Assembly (NCBI GenBank): GCA_905331295.1
Contig: CAJNYD010000224.1
Location: 215,042-279,041, forward strand
Direction: 5' to 3'
DNA from: Rotaria socialis
Lineage: Eukaryota
DNA: 64,000 nt
Made by a program: the position numbers and the translations under genes. Under the pieces are notes generated by a model. It was not told the DNA's origin, ran no database searches, and saw only the letters and a program-made list of their open reading frames with translations. Positions 49,739 to 64,000 of the stretch are shown piece by piece. Every line of letters begins with the position of its first letter. Position 1 is the first letter of the stretch.

Positions 49739-51704
49739 CTATAAAATTCGTCCATAAATATTCCAAAGATAAATAACTAATGATGAATTATCATTATTAT
49801 TAAAAGCTAAACATGTATAGAGTAATTCATGAAATTGTTGACGAATCGATTCATTATCTAATACTTGCTGCACTGTAGTACTACCATTGGATGATATTAA
49901 TTTTTGAAGAATATCAACAAGAATTAAGCCATATGTAGAATCGAAATCGGTTTTATCAAAATAGACGAGCAATTCGGCAAGTATGCGTTCGAAAACGACT
50001 AAAAAATAAGATTGACAACAACCTAAAATAAAAACGAAAGCGGCCGATGATTCAAAGCTTGATCCAAAGCAAATAAAAATGCTGTTATTCTTAGTCGCAA
50101 CTTTCTCTTGGAATTCGTAAAAACTATGAATCACCAAAAATTCAATTGAAAAAGAAAGTTCCACACCAGAATGATACTGATATTCGATGACTAGATTCAA
50201 GTATACTTGAGTTGATCAGGCGGATGAACAAAACATTTAAACCTTAACTAAATTATAGGAATCTCTAAGAAAGTTTCTATCAAGAGTACTGCAACTGTAT
50301 CTTTTATGTAATTACTCTCATGCATCATCCAATTTTCGATCGATCGCACAATTCTCTAATCAATAGCAACTATTCGAATTTTACCTTGAAATTTCAACAC
50401 AGAAGAAAAAAGTGAATGAATTTCTTTTACGCTTATAGGCAGAAAAAAGCAACCTATAATTTTGCTGATCTTCTATCTTATTGCGCAGCAGGATAAAGCT
50501 AGCAGAGAATAGAACGTGTCAATTTGTCCTATGATCTTATCTGCTCGACAGTGAATGAAATAAAGTGGCACCATAGTGAACCAATCAACTATTGATTGAA
50601 AGTTCAAGGCTACTCTATTCATTTAGAGTGAATTAAAATATCTTTTTCCTTGAAATCATAATAGGAGAGAAGGGCAGTCATGCATAGAAATCCAATGAAA
50701 CATAAAATCTGCTAGTTCGGTCAACAAATCTCAATCACTTTATTTGGTACACAAAGAAGTTCTTTTGGTCTGTGATTAATCATAGAAGAAAAAGAAAGAT
50801 CATATATTTATTTGGAATAGTTCAACAAGGTCTTCTTTGTTTTCCATTACTTTTGAATACATCATTATTTGAGACATTCATGGTATGTGAAAGTCATAGA
50901 AAAAATAGCAGTAGTTTTGTAGAATAACAAATGATAAAAAGAATAGTATCTACGGATGAGGACAGAAAAGTCGTAGGTTAACCTATAAGTCAATGTGTAA
51001 ACTACTGGCTAGATGCCGTTTCAAATATAGAAGAAGAAATATACGAAAACTGATGCGTGTTTTTATTGTGGCGTAGCCTATTGGACTCGTCAGAACTCCA
51101 TTCGATCTGAAAAGCGCAACCCATAATGCAAACATTTAAATTCAAAATAAATACCAATCTGTTCGATAAGCGCTTGTGCATTAGTAATCGCCGTTGATTG
51201 TTTCAGATGCATCAATATTAAATCAATAAATTGTCGTATATGTTGAATGGAATGTTGTTGAATATTTGGTACAATATCAAAAGTTAGAACAGTATTAATT
51301 GTTTGTTTAATGACAGCATCAAATTTCTCTTGCTGTATTCGGAAAAAATTTTCTTTTATTAGTTGAAATATTCGATCGATAGTTTCAATAATAATTATTT
51401 GTATTTCAATATGGAATTCAGTTGATACGATGAAAATATTTTGGAGAAAATTTTTATGATATTCAAGTAAATCAAAACATTTTATTGGTATTTTTATTGC
51501 AAGAGATTTCCGAAGTGAACGAACATCTAATAGAACTTGTTCGTATTGTGAAGCTTGACGAATTTTATTTTGTCGTAAAATATTTTGTAACTGTATTGTA
51601 TATTCTCTAGGTGTCATATGTGACGGTGTTGCACGAATAATCGCGATTGTTAAAGCAAGTTTTTTATAGAAATTTTCATTATATACAAATGTTTGAGCAT
51701 TCAT
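49739..51704 (-). CDS. MEI4: Meiotic double-strand-break formation protein MEI4 homologue; exons 51704-51155 and 50022-49739 (277 aa)
   Basis: N-terminal KLALTIAIIRATP-x4-REYT-x2-L matches the MEI4 signature recalled from vertebrates (KLALALAIIRSKP...SREYTEHL). C-terminal LVIYLW matches the recalled F-x2-YLW motif. One phase-1 GT-AG intron. Confidence 0.75.
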
Positions 51705-54510
51705 TATTTTCTGAAAATAAGATTAAAATGGATAGTTTTGAATTAGTAATTCTATGCTTTTATTGAAATAAATTTAAAGAAAACACAATTCTGCATGTAT
51801 TTTCAAATAATGTTTCGAAAACGGAGAATCATGATTATGAAACTTGACAAATCTAATCTAGAAGAAATAATTTTATAGCAATTCATAGAAATCAAATCGA
51901 ACGACATATCGGAGAAATAAAGATGAACATGCAGAGTACGAGTCAAACAAATAATTTTTAGAGATTCTCCTATGCAAGTAATGATTTTTCTTTGTATTCA
52001 ATGCTTTTTTGACATATTTGAGATTGAATCAAGAATATGATGTACTTTAAAATACATTTAATAGTTGATAAATCAATAGATTCTATTTTAAATCAACGCA
52101 AGTTTAACCTATGGATTATACTATTTACATCCAGTATCTACGCTAACACTGTAATCCTCATTAATCGATATTTTTGTTCGTGTTATCTCGAGGTATGAAG
52201 AAATCAATTTATTCTCTCAGATAACTATCAAATGATTGACCATCTCTTTTGCATAGACAGTCCTGTTGATCAATCGTTTAACAATTAAGATACCATCTGC
52301 TAGATGAACATCAGTCTTTAACTCATCGGAAATAACTCTTGTTCCTTCCTAATATTTTTTGATGGATTATCTATTAAATAATATCCATTACTATTCTATT
52401 TATGAATTTCAGAGAGCACAAAAACGTTTAAAAACATTTTCATCGGATGAATTGTCGAGTTTTACTATCTAAAGGTGTATCTTCATCATTGTCCTATTTT
52501 CATGGATGCTTTTCTAGATCTTAATATGCATACAAAATTGAATAATCCATAGTAAGCAGAGATTTATCAGTCGCCTTACATTCCAAAAAATGCATGATCG
52601 AATTCACCTTTTGGAAGCTGATCTTTATTTTCAACAAATTTATCAATAAATGTATTGACTTCTACAAGTGTAGTCACCTGGAAAAGTCTCTTTTTATTCG
52701 TTTATACTTCTTTGTTTGTTTACTTTTAACCGAAAAAATGGAACTTCAAGGTTTATTTTTGCGAACATTACACTCATATGATACACAAAAACAGCCATGA
52801 CTAAGCGTAGAGAGAGAGAACGGAGCAATGACAGAGAAACTGCAAGTTTATTCTTGTTTGTTCGCATTGTATCAACTCATATTTTACCTATACGATCTTC
52901 TTTCAATGACTAAAATGCAAGACAAAAAAAACATGAAGAAAGAAGTAAGTTTAGATTAACTAGCATTTTATCCTCAAATGCTACCTTGTACAATAGTAAA
53001 ATAAAGGCAAAGATTAATGTTCTTTTTGAATTTCTTCTTTTCAATTTCATTACAAGTTCATAGCTTTGTCTGCCGAAGCTGACTAATTGCTGCGCTATCC
53101 CTTGATCCTCCTGAAAATAAACGGAAAGGATTAAATCATAAAAAGTGAATAATGCCTACGTATAGGATATATATTTCGATTTGTATCTGTCGTTGCCGAC
53201 TGATATTATAAGCGAGAGAGAAAACTGGTACTAGTAGAGATCCTATCCTGGATTAACGAAGCCGGGACAAAAAAAATCGAAAAAATAACAAAAGCTTCAT
53301 GATTGGCTCTCTAGTTTTTGGATGGAACTGGAGCCGGTATTGATATCAATAGATAGAAAAAATGATTCTCTGTCGAATTATGGTTTTACTTTTTGGAAAA
53401 GAATTGTCAGCAAAAATAGAGGGCGCTATCATACACTGTCAATTGAGCTGCTGTATGTTAGGTCGAGTATTGCGTTCGTACAAGACCGCAATCGCAAATG
53501 TAAATATGAATAAATTCTAAGACTAGTAAATCTTTACAAAACCTTATAGTTATAGACCCTATTAGACCCCTCTAAACTCTTCCAAACCTTAATAAACTTC
53601 TCTGTTGAACCTTGTATCTTTATGGAATCTTGTAGACTCTAGCAGAAATAGTTGGAAGCCGATAGAATATTGTAAACCAGGATACTCCATGGTCAATGAT
53701 ACATGAGTATAATCGATTCGTTAGCAGCTTATCGTATCCTGAGCAAGTATACATATAGTGATAGAGAATCTGAATAGGTTTTAGCATGCTGTAAAATATA
53801 TACGTATATTTTGAATTATTTTGTAATTCATTTGTATCATGGAGTTCAGGTTTCGAGTCATATTTGGCCTATGACGCTTTCGTAAAGAATTCATGAAACA
53901 ATCAAAATGTATGTGATGATTCCGAAGGGCGGCGGCGTATTTCTATTATGAGAGCCTTCATGATAGATTGATTGATAGACGTCTCTGTCATATAAGCTGG
54001 AATGAATCATATCCGCAGGTAAGCTCTATAGTGTGTGATTTATGGATTGATTTATGAGAATGTCCCTGGGTACTTCAGAAATTCGCCGCTGGATTTCGAA
54101 TTTTTCGCCGCAATAGAGAACTGTGGATGTGTTACGGTTTATTTCGATGTTCTATCTGAATATTCCCCCTGTTTAAAACTCATAAAAAAATCTTAGTTAA
54201 ATGATTTTGCGGGCTTAAAAAGCGATGAAAATTATAGCATTTCTATATAATGAATAATAAAATTGATAATAAAAACTAGTTAAACTTCTGATGACAGATT
54301 TAGCCAGATTCTTCGATTTTTTAAGGTTTGAATCTTTCTAATAGGATTTTTCTTTCATTAAAATCTATTCGATTTTCTCTTCTTGGAAATGATTGTGTTG
54401 ATTTCTCATTTGAAACTGGATTTCTCTGGATTTCTCTGGATTGTGTGTTCAAAATCCATATCAACTCGATTATTTTTTGAAAAACGATACTTCTTGAAGG
54501 AATATGACAA

Positions 54511-54878
54511 CCACGGAAAAAATTAATGGAAATCGTATTTTTGATCTAAGACAAAGAGTCAATGGTCAGAAGAAGTTTTCTGAATATATATGAATATAAC
54601 AAGACTAGACATTTATAATACAAATAAAGATCTAATATGAAGATACAAACTCTTTATATACTTTTTGAGTCTTTTTAATACATGCTTGAATAACACTTAA
54701 TGGTAAACTATTTAAAACTTCATCGACCACACTTTCTAGTTCACATTGTGATTTAGGATTTTTGTTTGTATTATAAATGTCTATTCTTGTAATATTCATA
54801 TATATTCAAAAAACTTCTTCTGACCGTTGACTCTTTGTTTTAGATCAAAAATACGATTTCCATTAATTTTTTCCGTGG
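54511..54878. mobile_element. MITE with ~118-bp highly similar TIRs
   Basis: CCACGGAAAAAATTAATGGAAATCGTATTTTTGATCTAA... and its reverse complement ending ...TTCCATTAATTTTTTCCGTGG. Confidence 0.85.
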
Positions 54879-54924
54879 TAGTAAGATTGTGCTACTTTTG
54901 ATGGAGTAAAATCGTGATTTTCAC

Positions 54925-55750
54925 ACGTAAGTGAAGTTAGTATCGTATTCGAGTAAAACCTGTCGATACTCTTGTGAGCTGATGTTCCAACGTGCATGCG
55001 CATGTTCCTAGTGAAATTTCATATGTTTTATCAAATGGTAATTTGAATTAACTAGATCTCGAAGCATTCTTCTATAATTTCGAAAAATCCAAAGAAATCC
55101 TGACATTCCTTTTGTTAAATCTGTCCATATTCATTCCAAAAAATATTTCAACTCTTACACTCGCGTGTCAAGCAGATCTCAACAAATTTCATCGAATTGT
55201 AAAATCAGATTTTTTATCTCCATAATAACGGTCCCAAAATCTCAAAATACTGTATTTTTCTATGAAATTCTACCACCATGTTAGATTAAAAGTTGCCCAT
55301 ATTCGTTAAAGGCGTTGCTATAAGCGTTCCACTCATGATATAAACACAAATCTAGGAGATCTATTTAATGGTGTCCACAGATTGTTCATTGCTCATAGTA
55401 GGATTTTTTAGGCTTCCTTGGCATTATTCTATCATCGTTGAAGTCTAATTTCAAGCTGCGGAAAATATGTGGATTCCACTGGATAGAGTTCGTCGAGTTA
55501 CACTTGAAACATAGGTACGAGAATGGAACATTAGTCACAATGAATATGGCCACATTTTACGAAAAAGGATACCAGGAATTTTTTAATTTTTCAAAATTTC
55601 CGGAGTATGGTCCGAAATCCCGTTAATCGAAATATACTACTCCATATGGTATACGAAGTTCTAGTAGTAATATAACTATGGACGTTGGAAATCAGTTCAA
55701 ATGAGCATCGACAGGTTGTACTCGAATACGATGCTAAATTCACCTACACG
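54925..55750. mobile_element. Degenerate foldback element (arms ~270-300 bp)
   Basis: ATCGTATTCGAGTAAAACCTGTCGAT...TTCCAACGT pairs with ACGTTGGAA...ATCGACAGGTTGTACTCGAATACGAT. Inner arms CCATATTCATT / AATGAATATGG. Confidence 0.7.
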
Positions 55751-55828
55751 ATGGTCACTTAATACTTTTCACTGCGATAGCTTGTGTAAACTATAATCTA
55801 AAATATGCTACTATACTTTAAACGAATA

Positions 55829-56126
55829 GCTGGTCATCGTAAACGAACGTTTACGAAAGTATACGATAGAAGAACGGCAACCGTTTCCTGAATCATTTAC
55901 GGTCATCGGTTCCGACCGTTTACTGTGATATCCGACAGTCGTTTACAGTCAGCGTTTAGTTACGACGGTCGTTTACGGAGATTTTTCACGGTCCTCATTT
56001 ACGACTACCGCATTTCATCGTAACGCTTCGTTTACGATAACAGTAAACGACTACAAAATACGGTCGCCTTTTTCACCGCGAGTGACAGGTATACGGCCGT
56101 TTACGGCTCAGGATGATCGACCTGGG
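55829..56126. mobile_element. CpG-rich palindromic MITE-like element, related in style to 7289-7538
   Basis: Right end TCGACCTGGG, repeated TTTACG/CGTAAA/ACGGTC motifs; left end degenerate. Confidence 0.6.
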
Positions 56127-56569
56127 TTATCTTTGTTTTTCTTCAAGATTAGCTACTCTACAAATGTGTCTATGGAAATCTTCAAAAACGTTGAGCATCA
56201 AGAAAATGCAGTTACTAGCCGTGTAATCCACAGTTAGATGGGATATGTAAACAAAATCAGGTAACGTAGGACAATTTAAAAATTCAGAAAAGTAATATCA
56301 CTACAGTCCTGTACTAAGTATCAAAATGGAGAAAACAAATCGATAATAGTCAAGAAATGTCAAAAAGCATTCTTAGAAACTATTGTAATAATATTAAGAC
56401 ATATTGATTTATTGTTTCTCTTTTAGATAAATTAAATTAGTTCTTTTTTCTATCAACATGATTTGCAGAAATAAATGTCATTGTTAAATGTGTTATTACA
56501 ATCCTGTCTAGTTTTCCATTTTTGAAATATGAATTCAAAATTATTGTTTTCTAGCAACGAACGATGCAC

Positions 56570-57105
56570 TACACTAGTCGACGATCTTGACTTCGATTTG
56601 TCCAGGTTCTTGTTTTTCTTGCTTGTCAGACAAGATTTTTTGTAATCATAATATTCAGGCAAGATCCTTCGGTATAGGAAAGAAACAAGATTCTTGTCTG
56701 TTATTCAAGAAAAACATAGTCTTGTCTGATTGCTCAGATAAATAAGAATCACGCAAGAATGACAAGATATTCAAGATTTTTTGAAATTCAGACAAGAATC
56801 TTGCCTGAAGTTCAAGATGAAATGAATCTACACTAGTCGACTATCTTGACTTCGATCTGTCCAGATTCGTGTCCAAGACGGTAGCAAGGTTCTTGAAAAT
56901 CAAGTAAAATTCTTGCTGCTAACTCAAGAAATGATTCTTGCCTGATTTTTAAGAAGAAAAAGAATCTTGTCCGACAAGCAAGAAAAACAAGAACCTGGAC
57001 AAATCGAAGTCAAGATTGTCTACTAGTGTAGTCTGATTAATCAGAAAAATATGAATCTGGAATGAACTACAAGATATTTCAAATTTCTTGAAATTCAGAC
57101 AAGAA
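56570..57105. mobile_element. Composite MITE with TACACTAGTCGAC termini and internal duplication
   Basis: Left-end motif TACACTAGTCGACxATCTTGACTTCGAT at 56570 and again at 56829; inverted right end ...ATCGAAGTCAAGATTGTCTACTAGTGTA at 57030. 57031-57105 repeats 56724-56800. Confidence 0.75.
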
Positions 57106-57178
57106 CCTTTTTTCTTCTCCTTTCAACGATTCTTACTATATCTTAAAGAAAATATCACATGATGTTTTGTATATATAT

Positions 57179-57584
57179 GTTACAGGGGAGATTGAAATGC
57201 AGGGCTATTTAAAATAGCCCTTAGGGGAAATTGAAATTTTGTTTTTTCAGGCTCAATTTATGAGAAAAAGTAAAAGTTTTGATTTCAAAACGTACTGCAT
57301 GCATACCCACACTAGTACTAGCACCCATACACGCACTTACACCCACACCCTCATGTACACGCTACATTCATACCCACAAATAAGATGAGTGTCTTTTGCG
57401 CGAATTCAGGTATTTTGAAAAGACTGATGTGATGGAACTTGATAATTAGATGCCAATGTTGATGTGGGTGCGAATGTAGTACGTTTTGAAGTCAAAATCT
57501 TTACTTTTTCTCATAAATTGAACCCGGAAAAAACAAAATTTTAATTTGCCCTAGGGGAGATTAAAATTTCAATTTCCCCTGTAA
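57179..57584. mobile_element. MITE with ~130-bp TIRs
   Basis: GTTACAGGGGAGATTGAAAT...CAATTTATGAGAAAAAGTAAA pairs with TTTACTTTTTCTCATAAATTG...ATTTCAATTTCCCCTGTAAC. Confidence 0.8.
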
Positions 57585-59220
57585 CAAACATATGCACTCA
57601 TATAATAGAGAAATTTTTTCATTTGGTTCTGTCAAGAAAAGAATGTGAGTGTTATTGAAGTTGTTATTCTATTGTTTGAATCTCTTCTCATTGTGATTTC
57701 TGTAGAGCAAACAAAAGGAAAACTTGTTTGATTTAATACATAAGGATAATCATTGAAATAAAACTAATAATTTACGTTTGTTTGTAAGAGAGTATTCTTA
57801 GCATTCATCTGAATCTGAATGTATGTTAAATTATTTTCTGGTTTTCCCACTGTCGACAAATAAACTCGCAATACGATAAATTCCTCTTGAACGATCGTCT
57901 TATAACAGAGGGCTATTTTTGAATGAGCGATGCATCGGATATTGTAAAGTATTTCCCTTCATTAAATAGAACTTCAATTAATATGTCTAAAAATAAATAT
58001 ATCTACCATACAGAGTTTTGACCTTACGATTTTTAAACTCGAAGCTTCTTTTGAAAATCCTTCAAATTATTGTGGATGTTTTAATAATTACTTTTTAGTT
58101 GGCATGATTTAGTCAATAAAATTGAACTGTTTTTAACTCAACAAAAAACTAGGCAAGATCCTTTTTCTAAGAGCACTCAAAATTATCTAAGATTCTTTAT
58201 ATATATATACAATTAATGTCTGTATGAAATAAGCGCTATCGATGAGCTAACCGAATAGGAGTTCTCAAATGACTAAATACTGTAAGTTTCAGATCTTCTG
58301 AGACTGTATGAAAATTAGACCTTCGTGTTGAAATTTTAAGTAGAACAAAAAGCTGTTACATTTTCTATGAAGTTCCTTATCAATGTTTAAAAAAACCGTT
58401 AAAAACTTGGTGACTTTTATTTTAAGGATTCGTAAAAGTCAAATAATAAGTTTTATTGGCGTTCTTTAAATGCCCAGGACCTTTGAGCAGAACACCGTAG
58501 GAAGTTCGGCGTCTACTGGCTTTATTAAGAATTATTTGTGAATTTTTAAATGGCAGCCTCAAGAACTAATTCTCATCGAACTGTCAAAGATCTGATTAAT
58601 ACCTTGTCAGGTTATGTGAGAAATATTCCACGTTGTTTTCACCTAAACAAGTACCCAAACTACTTAGCTCGTTTGACAGAGTATTCTTCTGTCTGAGGAA
58701 TATTTAAGTAGGAAATTGATACTAGATAGCATCAAAGAACAAGAGACTCATAAGATTGCCAGTATTAATAGAAAAATTCAAATCCAACTAATTACAGTTC
58801 AATCTATTTTTGGTCTCCTTAGCAGCGTCTATGAAACGAAACAGTTCCTTGAATTCTTCTTCAACCGTTTGTCGACGTTTGATACTCTTCTATTGTTTCA
58901 ATGCGATAATTGATTCCAATGATTTTTAATCATTGAACCATCGTATGAAGTTTTCTTTGAGTTCAATACTTGGTATCGTCGGTAGCATATGTCTAACAAG
59001 TAAACTATTAAATGTCCTGTTTAGATATTTTCTTTTCTGACGTAGTTCTAAATATTCTATCATGTCTGTAAATAGAATATTTTGTTTTACTTTTAAATAG
59101 ATAGAAATGACATAATATTCAATATGTTTTCCTTTCTATTATTCATGTTGTTAAAAAAAACAATAGACAAAAAGAGAAAAACATTATTATCCATTCATCA
59201 CACTTGTAGTAGACTAGAAG

Positions 59221-61216
59221 TTAAATAAGATTTTTTCCACCGATTAAATTCTTTTGTTTTCGTAAATCAATGCGACTTAAATTTTGCACACATGAACGCC
59301 GTTGAGATTGTTTAGTCATGGAATTTGTGTAGGGTACCGGTATACGGCATTTATCTAATAGAATAACTTGTGATTTCTTTTTTTGCTTAAAACGGTTTTG
59401 GTTTTTAGAATCAGAACATGACCGACACATAACACGAAATAGCCTTGCTATTTCACGTCGAAAACGAAGATTTGTAAATATATACGCATAGAAATTTACC
59501 GAATGACTAACATGGCGTAGTATATATGTTATTTCCGACCAATTATGTAATGTACCATCAGTATCTTCTAACATAATCATGAGAAAATAAAAAATTAAAT
59601 AAGGCAAATAAAATATGGCATATGTCATCGATATAACAACAAGAGTTGAACGTGTTGAGCGATAATTGACTGAATCTGTACGGCATCTTGTTTTATTACG
59701 AGTTTGTGTTGAATAAATACGTTTTATAAAGGATAACATAGTTATATTAACAATAATTATCAATATAGATGGTAATGCTAGATTTAAAACGCCAGCAACA
59801 AGTATATTAAGTAATAACATTAATCGATCATTTGCATATTCAGAGCGTATTGTACAAAGTGTATGATGAAAGAATGATGTTGAATTTTTCTCCGTATTAT
59901 AAGTGAATATTGTTTCGTTGATTAGATATTTTCGTTCTGGATTATATTCTAATACAAGCATAGAATAACTATTCGCTATTGAAAATATAATAATAAGAGC
60001 TGTGAGAACGATTATATTAGATTTCATTGTATTAAATTGGCGGAATATATGAATAAAACGTATAAATGTGAAGCATGTTATGAGCCATGAACAAAGTGCA
60101 GCACATAATCGATTAATCATGTAAGAACAAAAACATGAAAATGCAGATATATGCATTAGAGAGAAAAATTCAATTTTTTGCATTGCATAAAGATAAGCAA
60201 TTAACGTATCAATAACCCAATACAGTAGTAAACATGTGTCTATGATAAAAAAAGCAAACTCATGAAATATCTTTTTTTTAAACATTAATGAAATAAAAAT
60301 ATGATTATCTCGCACATGTCAAAAAAATCCTAGTTTTTCAATAGATTAGAGAAGATAGGAAAATTATATTTAAGAAAAATAAGTAAAGCTGACTTAAGTT
60401 GATTAGCTATTGAAAGAATTGTTTTTTCTTAGTTTTTAAAATAGCACAGCGTATGTACTTTTAATTTAGATCGTAGAAATGTAAATATATTTTCACTATT
60501 ACATCTCCTAAAGGAGAGATGCGTTCCAGTGACATTGCCAGTAAAGTCATGAAATAGTAATGTACTTTATCTATTCTAACTCGACAAGAATAATGGGATC
60601 TTATGTTGCAGTTTCTATTAAAGAAATTTGAATCGAAGAAAACGCTTTGCGAAGATTAAACTCTACAGAAAGAACAATATCTTTCCAAAATATCAATTGA
60701 AATAATAATTTTCATATACAAGATTTTTTTTTCTGAATAATTCACAAAAATTTTCAATAGCAACTCTACGGACAAATGAATGAAGATGTATCTACAATTA
60801 AAACGTTCATTGATGTTTTCAGATTAGTACCTCTGTGCTTTTCATAAATACTAGAAACAACATTCTAGAGTTGAATACATTTTTCGTAAGTGTTTTACAA
60901 CAGATAAAATTACTAATGTAAATCAAAAGTCATCTTACGATGAACAATCAATTGTCAAATATCTAATCTAGTAATCCTATATTTTTAATTATGATAAATC
61001 TGTCTGACTTTGTGGATTTTTTTCTACATATAACTTACCTAAAATAGATATTTCAATAAGGTAAAGATGAAATCCTTTTGGTTGAAAATGTATTGTTCGA
61101 TGATTAAGTGCTTTTATTCCAACAATTATCGTTAGAATATTTCCAGGTAATCCAAATAAACAACAAATAGTTACCATCGTTCGACGAAAAATAGTTAATG
61201 GTTCATTCGACCACAT
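59221..61216 (-). CDS. Class A GPCR (orphan peptide-receptor-like); exons 61216-61039 and 60239-59221 (398 aa)
   Basis: TM1 GLPGNIL and TM2 ISILD across a phase-1 intron, then SWLITCFTFIRF, FYLP and SHSVNFYAY...RFRRE. Confidence 0.85.
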
Positions 61217-64000
61217 TTTTAATTATACGCATTTCTTTTCTTCATACTATTTATACATACTTAAATATCTAGAATATAATCAATGTTATTAATATGCATA
61301 GATTTGTGAGAAACAGATATAGTTTCCAGGAAAGTCATAATTTGGAAAAATAAAGACTGGCGTTTGCAAACCAAGAGCTATAACTAATAATTATATAGAA
61401 AAAAAAAATAACAGGAAAGAAAAATCTAACAAGAGACTTAGCAAATATACTGCCGATAAGAATTATGGAAAAGAAAACATTATGACCTGTTCATAAAAGA
61501 AAATTTTTATCTTTCAGATAACTATGTTAAACAGAATTCTGTTCATTATATGAGAGACATAATTATCAGCAAAAATTTTTAAATGAGCCATCGAGCACAA
61601 TAGATTTCTAGCGTGTATGGTCAACACAGATATAAAATCGTACTTCTTATGAATCAGGAAGTTCAGTACGTGTGTTCACACTTCCGTTGAAACTTGTGAC
61701 AACAAACTACGAAAATTGTTACTCCTCTTACTTTAGCAAACACACGCGTATGCTTAAGAAAAGTGAAAATCCAAGGAAAAAAGCATAGTACTCATTAGAT
61801 TGTAAGTTTATGCTAAAATTTCTTTTAAGAGACAGGCAAAACAACGAGAAAAAAAGACAAATAAGGATTTTTTCAACACTCGATGTAAAAAAAGCTTAAA
61901 TAAAGTTATCTGTCGAACAATTCTGTTAACAACAAAGCATAGACTGAATGAAAGCTTATTATTGTTGTTTTCTTTGTTCTTTCATTGATTATAATTGTTG
62001 TTTTCTTTTTCTATGTATAATCGATGATTATAGCAATGGTTAATATCCGATTATAGGTATATTCTACGCTGTAGGAAATTATTTGGCAGAGTTAGATTTA
62101 TTCTAAAAAAAAATCGAAATCATCTGAAATTGACATAGTTAGTAATTGTAAAAATTAGTTTACTTATCGCTTAAATAAATTATTTTTATTCGCTTCGTCT
62201 TAAATAGAATACATGTTTTAAATCGATTCCACATCAAGTCTTAGAAAAATTATCTTTCATAAGATCGATAAAATCTATGTTTACATAACGTTCGATTTAT
62301 TAGATTTCATTTAATCAAATTATCAAATAAATAGTAATTTGAATCATCGTAGTGCATCGTCGAATATATATTTCATTTGTAGCGATTCTGAAATAAAAAC
62401 ACGCAATAGATGAGAAAGCAAATCCAAGAATGAATATTGCATTATCAAATTGACTTCAAAAATGAATAACAGAATAATTTACATAGTTAACCACTAATTA
62501 TTAGAGATAACTAATTTACAAATAACGTAACATAAATCATCCATTTCAAGTCGCCTTATGCCATATAGAGTCACTTGAAATGCTTCAAACAGTTCTGTAT
62601 ACGCTCTATACAACAGTAAATGTCTGTCATAAACATATATAATTATGTGTATATAGATTCGAATAGAATTGTTTCTTCTTTGAATAAAGTATACCAGATC
62701 ATAAACTAATTTCTATTTAACAGATATTTGTACATGCTCTTCGTACTTTCATTTTATCCAAGTCATAAGACACCTATGAACACGTTGAGGTGTACTTGCC
62801 AGATAATCATAAGTGGTTTTTTTTCCATGCAATCGAAAAATAAAGTTATCACGGCAAAAATCAATAAGAAATGGAGTATGCATGGAAGTTATATTCGCAC
62901 TCATAAGAGAATATGATTTTTCTCTGTGAAATATCATTTTGATTTTTCTAATCTATAGGGGTTCATTCCTATGTTAAATATGTTGTAACTAATATAGATT
63001 ACTTACAAACTGTTTATCTTCATCGATCTATGGATTGATGATGATGATAATGATCATCATATTCAATAGAATAAACTCCTAGTATAAGTCGGTTCTAGAA
63101 TAATAGATTCGCGTGCAATCAGAAAAATAATTTTGAAATAGCATTAGAATTAACAAAAGTTAGTCATTATTTTAATTAAACCAATAAATCATTTACTTTT
63201 TCTTCGATCTATTAATGTCGGTGGGAAGTATTTTCTTTATTTTCCTGAATGAGAGTGCTTGAAGTGACTAGATTTTATTTCTTTTGTCTGTGAATAAATA
63301 TAATGATCCTCATAGGAGAAATAAAAGTAGTAGAATTGCCGAATATCTAGATGGTCGTCCGGATTCTTTCCCGCAAATTTTTGGAAAAGAATTTCCAACT
63401 GATTACGACAAAATTCGTACTTTGTTTTGAAGTATTCTATGACGCTGTTTTTGCGGAATTCATCGGTTAATATTGATGAATGAGTCTGGTATGGAGAGGA
63501 AACAAATCTAAACGGACAGAGCTAAACTAATAGACCTGGAAATGGCAACGCTAATTATAGTCTATATGACGTTGATTGTCTCTCATTCTGATTTTTTTCT
63601 GTATAAAGACATTCAATTTAGTCTAATCTAATCCTTTGCTTTTTTGCTCGACTGAATCATGCTCTGAAAATATTAAGATTAGTATCCAGATAAAAATATG
63701 TCATGCTAACCGTTTATCTCCTTTTTGAAAATATCTTTTATTGCCACCATATTTATGTGTAGGCAAAAAAGAAGAAGATAATTGCCTACAAAATTGCATA
63801 GCGATCTATAAGAATCAGTTGAGTTAGCTTTTGAAAGTCTCAAAATGAAGAAATTTCAAAAACTAAAATTCACATTATTCATAAAAATATTATGCCAGCC
63901 TAATAATGAAGATATCATTTTGTTCAGAAATAAATGTCTCTTTTTAAATTCTCTCTTGAATCATTGATTTGTTTAGCTTTCTAAGATTCATTCACAAAAT

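Noticed and set aside
58700..59000. Possible decayed coding sequence on the minus strand
   Set aside because: Multiple stops and no recognisable motif.
61300..64000. Short ORFs at the window end
   Set aside because: No homology or consistent exon chain could be built.

Overview
AT-rich eukaryotic DNA with many short (~55-65 nt) GT-AG introns, intronless GPCR and Kelch exons, bacterial-type genes and many palindromic MITE-like elements. This combination best fits a bdelloid rotifer (inference, not proven). Most genes are split by introns, so the ORF track misses or fragments them. Hand-spliced genes, in order: a 13-repeat Kelch protein, a GPCR, a bacterial-type family II pyrophosphatase (PpaC) with introns and a signal peptide, SLC33A1 head-to-head with ZCRB1, an ionotropic glutamate receptor with His at the Q/R site, a 1432-aa sacsin/NO VEIN-type GHKL ATPase fused to a DUF3883-like nuclease, an MBLAC2-like pseudogene, an Lhx1/5-class gene with a giant linker, a SEPT2-group septin, a 70-aa orphan, a tail-anchored orphan, a short Crk, a MEI4 homologue and a second GPCR. 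Nested non-autonomous transposons lie at 27-29.7 kb and a MITE cluster at 54.5-57.6 kb. The top leads are the intact MEI4 (a meiotic double-strand-break factor) in a probable ancient asexual, and the intron-containing ATPase-nuclease with prokaryote-defence-like architecture. All homology calls rest on motifs recalled from memory; no searches were run.
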